47,740 nucleotides of DNA from positions 1 through 47,740 of the forward strand of contig CASFYE010000044.1 in NCBI GenBank assembly GCA_949298925.1, given 5' to 3'. Origin of the DNA: an uncultured Bacillota bacterium (GTDB taxonomy: Bacteria > Bacillota > Clostridia > Christensenellales > UBA1242). The position numbers and the translations under genes are program-made. The notes under the pieces are model-generated. The model did not search any database, was not told where the DNA came from, and saw only the letters and a program-made list of their open reading frames with translations. Shown here one piece after another: positions 33,822 to 40,572 of the stretch. How positions within the stretch are numbered: position 1 is the stretch's first letter; every line of letters begins with the position of its first letter.

Positions 33822-34982
33822 TTATCTTTGGTCGCTTATATTTGCCATACTGTTGTTTCTTTGCAAATCTGAAACAGAATCATAAGGAGCTGACGTTGTG
33901 GTTCCAGCTAAGAGCGCGATGTCCACAGCATTTGCAGGGCTTCCCCATGAGTTGCCAGAAAACTGCATGAGCGCTTGGTCAACAACCCAACCTCGTGTGT
34001 TAAAAACGACATTGTGAGTTATATATCCTGTTGAGTTTGGATTTAAATAACCTGCTTGTCGTAATGAGTAAAAAATGTTGCCATCTATCCAGCTGTTTTG
34101 TGTTGCTCCCTGTGTTACGACACCTCTATTCGTTACCCATGTGTCAGAGCTACCAGATTGTTCCGGTCCAAACAAGATGTTGTTTCTTATAATGTTGTTG
34201 TTGCCTCCAATTTGTATAAATTCAGTTGGGTAAGGGTTGTTGCTCGTAAACGTTAATCCATAAACTTCATTGCTATCACCACTTACTAGCATACCAACAA
34301 CATTTGATTGAAGCATTATTATAGAATTTGGTTTTCCTATAAGCGAAATTCCACTTTTGTTCAAATTTAAAGTTGTAGAAATGTCATATACTCCCTCTTC
34401 TACTATAATATATCCATTATCTTCAACTTGATTTATTGCATCTGAAATCGTGGGCAGAGGATTTGCTTGAGTACCATCTCCTCCAACATTGCCACTTCTT
34501 ACAAAAAGCAAAGAATTGTTGACCCCCAAAGTTCCAGTTGGCCCGGTTGGGCCTATCTCTCCAGTAGCACCTGTCGGTCCAGTCGGTCCCGTTGGACCGG
34601 TTGCACCAGTATCACCCGCAATACCGGCTGGTCCTGTTGCTCCTGTAGCTCCAGTAGCACCAGTAACACCGGTAGCGCCTGTCGGTCCAGTTGCTCCGAT
34701 TAAACCTTGCAAACCTCTCTCGCCAGTTGCACCAGTCGCACCTGTTGGACCTGGCAAACCGTTTTCTCCACTAGCTCCGGTAGGACCTGTTGCTCCAGTA
34801 GGACCAGTTGGTCCGGTCGGTCCCGTTGGACCGGTTGCACCAGCAAAACCTTGCAAACCTCTCTCGCCGGTTGCTCCGGTAGGACCTGTTGCTCCTGGTG
34901 GGCCTTGAATGCTTAATCCAGGGATAGTCTTTACTATTATTCTAGTTTGTGGGTATTTATAAAAATGGTTGCAAAAAAACAT
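33822..34982 (-). CDS. collagen-like triple-helix repeat protein with a C-terminal right-handed beta-helix (pectin-lyase-fold-like) domain
   Basis: It has a short N-terminus, 42 uninterrupted G-X-Y triplets (GPT/GAT rich), then [11 protein letters not shown]...WIDGNIFYS...[15 protein letters not shown], which is a parallel beta-helix repeat signature. An AGGAGG RBS precedes the start. Confidence 0.8.
   Translation of the reverse strand: MFFCNHFYKYPQTRIIVKTIPGLSIQGPPGATGPTGATGERGLQGFAGATGPTGPTGPTGPTGATGPTGASGENGLPGPTGATGATGERGLQGLIGATGPTGATGVTGATGATGATGPAGIAGDTGATGPTGPTGPTGATGEIGPTGPTGTLGVNNSLLFVRSGNVGGDGTQANPLPTISDAINQVEDNGYIIVEEGVYDISTTLNLNKSGISLIGKPNSIIMLQSNVVGMLVSGDSNEVYGLTFTSNNPYPTEFIQIGGNNNIIRNNILFGPEQSGSSDTWVTNRGVVTQGATQNSWIDGNIFYSLRQAGYLNPNSTGYITHNVVFNTRGWVVDQALMQFSGNSWGSPANAVDIALLAGTTTSAPYDSVSDLQRNNSMANISDQR
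34527..34904 (-). repeat. collagen G-X-Y coding repeat (42 triplets)
   Basis: A 9-nt periodic GGNCCNACN-type repeat with an internal duplication ([10 protein letters not shown] appears twice). It generates spurious long antisense ORFs. Confidence 0.9.
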
Positions 34983-35179
34983 TAAGACCTCCTAACTCAT
35001 TTTATTCTTTGAATACGAAATTGTTAAAAGGTTAGGAGAGGTTAAATACAAAAAAGAGTTAAAAAAATAAAAAATTTATCATTTATGATCAAACAAAATA
35101 TTTTAAATAGTCGTGAAAAGCCTTATTTATAAACATGAAGGGTGATAATAAATTTATTATGTAAAAAAAGTGATAATTC

Positions 35180-35205
35180 TGGTGCGCCGTAAGAGATTCG
35201 AACTC
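35180..35205 (-). repeat. orphan copy of the 3' 26 nt of tRNA-Arg (att-like direct repeat)
   Basis: tggtgcgccgtaagagattcgaactc at 35180-35205 is identical to 35278-35303, which covers the CCA, the acceptor 3' strand and most of the T-arm of the intact tRNA. No matching 5' acceptor strand, D-arm or anticodon arm is present. Confidence 0.8.
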
Positions 35206-35277
35206 TGTATGACCACTCGCTTGCGCTCGTAGAAGGTCATGAGTTCTCACTCTTTTTTAAGTTAATCAAAACAACTC

Positions 35278-35354
35278 TGGTGCGCCGTAAGAGATTCGAA
35301 CTCCTGACCTTTGGTTCCGTAGACCAACGCTCTATCCAGCTGAGCTAACGGCGC
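35278..35354 (-). tRNA. tRNA-Arg (anticodon ACG), CCA encoded
   Basis: Hand-folded cloverleaf. Acceptor GCGCCGU/ACGGCGC, D-arm GCUC-AGCUGGAUA-GAGC, anticodon arm UUGGU-CUACGGA-ACCAA, T-arm AGGAG-UUCGAAU-CUCUU, then ACCA. Confidence 0.9.
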
Positions 35355-35562
35355 ATTAATTTTTATGTATAAATTTTTCTGTAAACGGTATTTGGCATTT
35401 CAGTAAAACCCAATCTTTTACTTGCCTTATAAGTATAGCAAAAAAAAATAAAAAAGTAAACATCTTTGCAAAACAATTTGTTGAATTTTATTGTTTTATT
35501 AAATTTATAATATTTTTTTATTAATTGCACATGCTAAATGTAGTTCTAAAAGGAGGAATAAA

Positions 35563-36036
35563 ATGTTTAAAAACTTTATGTATAAAGGGTTAATCGGTGC
35601 TACTTGCGCTCTTGCAATGACAGGTATGGTTGGTTGTGGAGAAATGGATAACCATTCGGCTTATGCTTTCGTAGTTGACGCACCAGCACAAATCACAGTC
35701 AACAAAACTGCTGAAGTTGACGTCACACTAAAAGCCGATGAGGTTCGTGAGCTAGGTTATGAAAAAGTTTTGATCAAAGTTAATGTCACAGACAAAGACA
35801 ACCTCACTTTAAAGGCAACAGACACACAAGGGCAAGAGTGGGATGTTGCCCAAATTGGCTTCTGGGGGCCACAAGAGGGATTTGAGGTAACAAACGATTA
35901 CGACGTAACTACCACGTTTAAAGCGACTGCAAAAAAAGAAGGTACTTATACTGTAACGTTAAGCCTTGTAGATTTAAACAGTGAAGAAGCTGTTTTAACT
36001 ACAAAAACTATAAGTGTAAAAGCCGTCAACGCATAA
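35563..36036 (+). CDS. small secreted lipoprotein (157 aa), unknown function
   Basis: An AAAGGAGG RBS precedes the start. The signal peptide carries the lipobox MVGC. The mature part is beta-rich (Ig-like pattern) and I recognise no family. Confidence 0.6.
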   Translation: MFKNFMYKGLIGATCALAMTGMVGCGEMDNHSAYAFVVDAPAQITVNKTAEVDVTLKADEVRELGYEKVLIKVNVTDKDNLTLKATDTQGQEWDVAQIGFWGPQEGFEVTNDYDVTTTFKATAKKEGTYTVTLSLVDLNSEEAVLTTKTISVKAVNA

Positions 36037-36084
36037 AAAAAGAGAGATTAAGGACAAACCATTTTGAAACTAGCACAAAAAAAC

Positions 36085-36120
36085 AAAAGGAACTCTACAG
36101 ATAAAGTAAAGTTCCTTTTT
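36085..36120 (+). terminator. intrinsic terminator of the lipoprotein gene, nested in a longer inverted repeat (36037-36163)
   Basis: AAAAGGAACT (36085-36094) pairs with AGTTCCTTTT (36110-36119) around a 15-nt loop, followed by a T-run. The outer pairings are TTTTGAAACT (36062-36071)/AGTTTCAAAA (36126-36135) and AAAAAGAGAGA/TCTCTCTCTTTTT. Confidence 0.6.
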
Positions 36121-36166
36121 ATATTAGTTTCAAAACTAACAGAGCAACCTCTCTCTCTTTTTTATT

Positions 36167-36240
36167 TGGAGCAGGTAGCGGGAATCGGACCCGCGAATTG
36201 TGCTTGGGAAGCACACATTTTACCACTAAATTATACCTGC
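36167..36240 (-). tRNA. tRNA-Gly (anticodon CCC), CCA encoded, atypical T-loop
   Basis: Hand-folded. Acceptor GCAGGUA/UACCUGC, anticodon arm UGUGC-UUCCCAA-GCACA, T-arm GCGGG-UCCGAUU-CCCGC, discriminator U, CCA. The T-loop has C where the near-universal U55 is expected. Confidence 0.85.
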
Positions 36241-36258
36241 ATGGTTATGATTGTGCTT

Positions 36259-36287
36259 ATTATATCATGTTTTTTAATATTTTGCAA
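36259..36287 (-). promoter_or_regulatory. promoter of tRNA-Gly (TTGCAA-17-TATAAT)
   Basis: On the minus strand, TTGCAA corresponds to plus 36282-36287, followed by a 17-nt spacer, and TATAAT to plus 36259-36264. This is about 18 nt upstream of the tRNA 5' end. Confidence 0.6.
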
Positions 36288-36300
36288 GAAAAATAAGAGG

Positions 36301-36379
36301 GAGGACGGCGCTGTGCAGAACATGCACAGCACGCGCAAAAGCGCGTTGCAAATTTTTTTAAAATTTGCTTGCCGTCCTC
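36301..36379 (-). ncRNA. structured element E3: 79-nt four-way junction, same architecture as E1/E2 (strand uncertain)
   Basis: Hand-folded.
- P1: 36301-36309 pairs with 36371-36379, 9 bp.
- H1: 36310-36317/36323-36330, 8 bp, loop GAACA.
- H2: 36331-36336/36341-36346, 6 bp, loop AAAA.
- H3: 36348-36355/36361-36368, 8 bp, loop TTTTA.
All pairs are Watson-Crick. It lies 24 nt downstream of the uvrC stop (minus strand) and upstream of the tRNA-Gly promoter. Confidence 0.45.
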
Positions 36380-36403
36380 AGTTTAGTGTTATAATAAAAT
36401 TTA

Positions 36404-38218
36404 TCATAAATTATCCTTCTTAAAATGTTCAATGATTTGGTGAGCAAGAGCTTCGTGTATTCCTGGTAAAATACAAAGTTCTTCTATGCTGGCTTTTTTG
36501 ATTTGTTCAATAGAACCAAATGCATTTAACAATGTTTCAATTTTCTTTTTACCTAGTCCGCTTATCTCTTCTAACTCGCTGTGCGTTTGTGCTTTTGTTC
36601 TTACCTGCCTGTGAAAAGTAATTGCGAACCTATGTGCTTCATCTCTAATGCGCTGTAAAAGCTTTAATTCTGCACTTCCTGGTTTTAATAATATAGGATT
36701 TTCATGATGGGGCATATATACCTCTTCAATACGTTTAGCAAGTGCAATCATCGGTAAATTCATGTTGAACTCTTTTAAAACTTCTTGACAGGAAGACAAT
36801 TGACCTTTTCCACCATCGATGATAATTAAGTCCGGGGTGACTTTAAAGCTTTCACTTAATCCTTCTTTTAACCTTGCAAGTCTTCGCCCAAGTGCTTCTT
36901 TGAGTGAAGCAAAATCATTTGAGCCTTTTACATGTTTAATTTTAAATTTTCTATACTGATTCTTTGCTGGTTCTCCGTTAACAAAAACAACCATAGATGC
37001 GACTTTGTTTGTTCCGCTAATATGAGAGATGTCGTAACATTCCATTCTAATAGGAAGGGTCGGTAGATTTAGTGATGTTTTAAGTCTTTCCAGTGCTCCA
37101 ATCGTAGAAGCATACTTAATCTTGTTTTTTTCGATATGTTTTTCTAAAAATTCCTTAGCATTTTCATTTGCCATCTTTAACAAAGTCGAATTGATGCCAT
37201 GAGGATTGACAATCAATTTTGTCGTCTTTTTCCAAAAGGACAACAAAAGATCTTTGTCGTCTAAGTCGTGGCTTAAAATTATCTCTTCTGGCACGATCAT
37301 GTTTTCGTAATATTGTGTCAAAAAGTTAAACAAGGTTTGGTTTTCTTCTAGGCTGGCGTCATTTATTGTGTAATTCAACACTCCCAAAATTTTTCCCCCT
37401 CGCAATACCATGGAGGTAATGACACCATTCAGGCCATCGTTAACGTAAGCGAATACATCTTTGTTGACATTTTTAGGTAGATTTGCGACTACGCGCTGTT
37501 TTAACTTGTTTACCATTTTTAAACGCTCTCGATAGACTATTGCACTTTCAAAGTTTTCGTTATCTGATGCGATTTGCATTTTTTTATTTAAAATTTCTTC
37601 AATTTCTTCGTCATTTCCGCTTAAAAAATTGATAACCTTTTTAATTTTGTTTTGATATTCTAAATAATCAATTTTTTTTGTGCAAGGGGCAGAGCATAAC
37701 CCAAGTGAATAATTCAAACATTCGCGTTTTGCTTTTGACGTCTCGCTTATTTTTAAATTACAGGTTCGCAAGCCAAAAGCTGAATTTGCTGTTTTAACGA
37801 TTTCGCCGGCATTTAATCCAGCAAAATATGGCCCGAAATATTTCCAGCCAGGTTTGCCTACTTTCCTAACTACTTGAAGTTTAGGAAAGGGATCGTTCAT
37901 GTTGATAGCTATATAAGGGAAGGTCTTGCTGTCTTTTAATAAAATGTTGTAATGAGGTTGATATTTTTTAATAAGATTGTTTTCAAGTGCGAGCGCGTCC
38001 CTTTCTGAAATTGTGATAAAATATTCAAAATCATCTATGTTTTCTACCATAGCTTGAACCTTGCTCGGTTTAGGAGATGATCTAAAATATTGTGAAACTC
38101 TATTTTTTAAATTTTTTGCTTTTCCAACATAAATGACAATGCCATCTTTGTTTTTCATTACATAGACGCCACTTTTTGTTGGGAGAGCAGTTAGTTTACT
38201 TTTTATTCTGTCGTTCAT
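36404..38218 (-). CDS. uvrC: excinuclease ABC subunit C
   Basis: It has an N-terminal GIY-YIG domain (GVYVMKNKDGIVIYVGKAKNLKNRVSQY), a UVR domain, an RNase H-like endonuclease domain and a C-terminal HhH2. Length is 604 aa. Confidence 0.92.
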   Translation of the reverse strand: MNDRIKSKLTALPTKSGVYVMKNKDGIVIYVGKAKNLKNRVSQYFRSSPKPSKVQAMVENIDDFEYFITISERDALALENNLIKKYQPHYNILLKDSKTFPYIAINMNDPFPKLQVVRKVGKPGWKYFGPYFAGLNAGEIVKTANSAFGLRTCNLKISETSKAKRECLNYSLGLCSAPCTKKIDYLEYQNKIKKVINFLSGNDEEIEEILNKKMQIASDNENFESAIVYRERLKMVNKLKQRVVANLPKNVNKDVFAYVNDGLNGVITSMVLRGGKILGVLNYTINDASLEENQTLFNFLTQYYENMIVPEEIILSHDLDDKDLLLSFWKKTTKLIVNPHGINSTLLKMANENAKEFLEKHIEKNKIKYASTIGALERLKTSLNLPTLPIRMECYDISHISGTNKVASMVVFVNGEPAKNQYRKFKIKHVKGSNDFASLKEALGRRLARLKEGLSESFKVTPDLIIIDGGKGQLSSCQEVLKEFNMNLPMIALAKRIEEVYMPHHENPILLKPGSAELKLLQRIRDEAHRFAITFHRQVRTKAQTHSELEEISGLGKKKIETLLNAFGSIEQIKKASIEELCILPGIHEALAHQIIEHFKKDNL

Positions 38219-38870
38219 ATTTTTCTATTATTGCTAAAATTTTCTCAGATATTTCTTCTTTTGACAGCAATTTTCCGTCTTTTTCACAAATTATTTTCTT
38301 AAAATCAAATTTTTTGCAAAGTTCTAAATATGTTTGTTCAGCCTTCTTTAAGTAGTTTTGGTCGCTTTCGTGCGCATCTTGTTTTTCTTCGCGTTTAGAG
38401 AGTAAGTCGTTGATGCACGGAATTGAAAGATATAGAAAAATTACTAGATTAGGTTTGGGAAGTTTTAATAATTCAAATTCAAGAGTATTTATAAACTCAA
38501 AAAATTCAGTGCGTGCTTTTCTAGGCAATTTGCAACCCTGGTGTGCCATATTTGAATACACATATCTATCAATAATAACGTAATCATATTTTTTAATTGC
38601 ATTTTTGATAGGTCCAATGTTATAGGCTCTGTCAGCGACAAAATATAATGAAGCAACTTTTGGGTCCAAGGTTGATGGAGATTTGAAAAATGGCGCTCCT
38701 TTCTTTCCTAGGTAGGGTCCTGCAATTATTTCTCCTGTTGGAGAATCGTAACACGGGAAAGAAAACTTTTTTACTGTTTTTCCTTTTTTTATTAAAGATT
38801 CCATTAACAAATTGCTTTGAGTTTCCTTTCCAGAGCAGTCTGTTCCTTCAAATGTGATTAACATATTCAC
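38196..38870 (-). CDS. tmk: thymidylate kinase (dTMP kinase)
   Basis: The P-loop ITFEGTDCSGKETQ and a DRY-type motif (DRYVYSNMAHQG) are present. Its 3' end overlaps the uvrC start by 23 nt. Confidence 0.8.
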   Translation of the reverse strand: MNMLITFEGTDCSGKETQSNLLMESLIKKGKTVKKFSFPCYDSPTGEIIAGPYLGKKGAPFFKSPSTLDPKVASLYFVADRAYNIGPIKNAIKKYDYVIIDRYVYSNMAHQGCKLPRKARTEFFEFINTLEFELLKLPKPNLVIFLYLSIPCINDLLSKREEKQDAHESDQNYLKKAEQTYLELCKKFDFKKIICEKDGKLLSKEEISEKILAIIEKYERQNKK

Positions 38871-40168
38871 CTCAACAAATTTAAGACTTTTTCGTATGTG
38901 AGTTTAAATTGCTCACCAGTTTGCATATTTTTAACTGTATAAGTTTTTGTTAAAACTTCGTCATCACCAACAATTATAATGAACGGAACATTCGACCTGT
39001 TTGCATCTTTGAGTTTCGATTTAAAACTTTTTTCTTCAAACAAAACTTCACAGGCAACCGAATCAGCTCTAAGTTTTGAGCATAAATTCAAGCAATTGTC
39101 TAGATTGTCTCCAAGAGGTATGATAGACGCTTTGCTTTTTTTGTTTAAGTCCACAGTTATAAGGTTGTTCTGCATTAAAATGTCAAACAATCTGCTTATA
39201 CCGATGCTCATGCCAACGCCTGGCAATTTTTTGTCTGAAAAATATTCGGCAAGATTGTCATACCTTCCGCCACCTCCCATGGCACCTAAATTTCTCATAC
39301 CTTCTAAAAAGACTTCAAACACACATGATGTATAATAATTGTGTCCACGAATTATCGCCATATTGTAGGTATGGTTTTTTATGTTCATATTGCACAAGTG
39401 TTTGTCAATCTGTTCTAATTCATCAATTCCTTGCAAAAACATCTCGTTTTTTGATAATTTTTCTAATTTTGCTTTAATAATTGAAAAATTTCCGTTAATT
39501 TTTATATAATCTAGCAAAATATTTCTTTCTTTTTCAGTTAGCTCAATTTCCTTTAACAACTCATCGGTGGCTATCTCACCAATCTTCTCGAACTTGTCGA
39601 GCGCACTTGCGATTGAGTTGAATTTGTCTTCTTTTTTTAGATCTTGGATTAAACCAAACAAGATTTTTCTGCTTGATATTTCAACGTTGCATTTTAATCC
39701 AAGTGTCGCAAATATGTCGTCATACAAAGATATGCACTCCGCATCGGCGACCAAAGACAGTTTTTCAAATCCAATTATGTCTGCGTCACATTGATAAAAC
39801 TCTCGGTATCTGCCCTTTTGTGGCCTTTCACCTCTGTAAACTTTTCCAATTTGAAAACGTTTAAATGGAAAAGTTAATTCACCTTCCTTCATTGCTACAT
39901 ATCTTGCGAGAGGGACGGTGAAATCGTATCTTAGACATGCATCGGTTGAGCCTTTTTCAAATCTATAAATTTCTTTGTCTAAATCTCCTCCTGATTTTGC
40001 TAACAATATGTCAGACAATTCCATTACAGGTGTGTCAAGCGGCAAAAAGGCATGCTTGTAAAAAACATCTCTTATTTTATCTAAAATATATTCAAATACA
40101 TATTCTTTTTCAGGATCAAGTTCCCAAAATCCAGCAAGTTTTCTTGGGGCGATTTTCTTTTCTTTCAT
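38867..40168 (-). CDS. hisS: histidine--tRNA ligase
   Basis: Class II motifs are present, including YRGERPQKGRYREFYQCDADIIG and GGGRYDNL, plus a C-terminal anticodon-binding domain. There is a 4-nt ATGA overlap with tmk. Confidence 0.85.
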   Translation of the reverse strand: MKEKKIAPRKLAGFWELDPEKEYVFEYILDKIRDVFYKHAFLPLDTPVMELSDILLAKSGGDLDKEIYRFEKGSTDACLRYDFTVPLARYVAMKEGELTFPFKRFQIGKVYRGERPQKGRYREFYQCDADIIGFEKLSLVADAECISLYDDIFATLGLKCNVEISSRKILFGLIQDLKKEDKFNSIASALDKFEKIGEIATDELLKEIELTEKERNILLDYIKINGNFSIIKAKLEKLSKNEMFLQGIDELEQIDKHLCNMNIKNHTYNMAIIRGHNYYTSCVFEVFLEGMRNLGAMGGGGRYDNLAEYFSDKKLPGVGMSIGISRLFDILMQNNLITVDLNKKSKASIIPLGDNLDNCLNLCSKLRADSVACEVLFEEKSFKSKLKDANRSNVPFIIIVGDDEVLTKTYTVKNMQTGEQFKLTYEKVLNLLR

Positions 40169-40188
40169 GATTAACCTCTTATAAAAAG

Positions 40189-40217
40189 ATAGTAAACTAT
40201 CAAAAAAAAATTGTCAA
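40189..40217 (-). promoter_or_regulatory. promoter of the hisS-tmk-uvrC operon (TTGACA-17-TACTAT)
   Basis: On the minus strand, TTGACA corresponds to plus 40212-40217, followed by a 17-nt spacer, and TACTAT to plus 40189-40194. A GAGG RBS precedes the ATG at 40168. Confidence 0.6.
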
Positions 40218-40305
40218 GTAAACAAAAGAATTGAAATAAAAATTGGTCATTTTGAGTTTAAAAGCACAAAAAAAAGATGGCATTTTGTCAAGCAAAAGTG
40301 CCAAC

Positions 40306-40432
40306 TTTTCCACACAAAAGTTATCCACAATTCCACACGCAAATATTTATGCAAAAGCGCTTATTTTTATACATAATGCCGACTTTTGATACAAGCAACG
40401 CCCTTTTTGGGCAAGTTATCCACATTTCCACA
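40306..40432 (+). promoter_or_regulatory. cluster of five co-oriented DnaA-box-like 9-mers (two perfect TTATCCACA)
   Basis: The five boxes are:
- TTTTCCACA at 40306-40314
- TTATCCACA at 40321-40329
- AATTCCACA at 40329-40337
- TTATCCACA at 40416-40424
- ATTTCCACA at 40424-40432
All lie on the plus strand within a 402-bp AT-rich intergenic region. Confidence 0.65.
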
Positions 40433-40572
40433 GTAAAAATATGACATTTTTGTTTTTTTTATTAATTTAGAGCGGTTGCTTATCTGAATTAAGATAAGAT
40501 TATTCGTTATGAAATTTTTATATGACTTTTTCGACTATCGTATATTTAAAAATTTTCGCGATTTTTGCATAA

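Noticed and set aside
34467-34916. Three long plus-strand ORFs (78, 139 and 69 aa; Pro/Val/Ala or Ser/Cys/Arg-rich) lying opposite the collagen-like gene
   Set aside because: They are antisense reading frames of the 9-nt periodic G-X-Y repeat. They have no RBS and low-complexity translations. The minus-strand frame has an AGGAGG RBS and continues into a bona fide beta-helix domain.
35180-35252. A second tRNA gene downstream of tRNA-Arg
   Set aside because: Only the T-arm, the 3' acceptor strand and the CCA are present. There is no complementary 5' acceptor strand, D-arm or anticodon arm, so no cloverleaf can be drawn. I reported it as an att-like fragment.
36064-36423. A 119-aa plus-strand ORF
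   Set aside because: It reads straight through the terminator hairpin, the antisense of tRNA-Gly, the tRNA promoter and structured element E3. It has an alternative start and no RBS.
40171-40572. The DnaA-box cluster as the chromosomal replication origin (oriC)
   Set aside because: No dnaA or dnaN is adjacent. The genes on both sides (hisS on the left; helD, gyrA and gyrB on the right) are all on the minus strand, so there is no divergent leading-strand switch here. There are only about five boxes. gyrB-gyrA on the minus strand suggests the dnaA region lies beyond the right edge of the window. I kept it as a secondary DnaA-binding or regulatory site instead.
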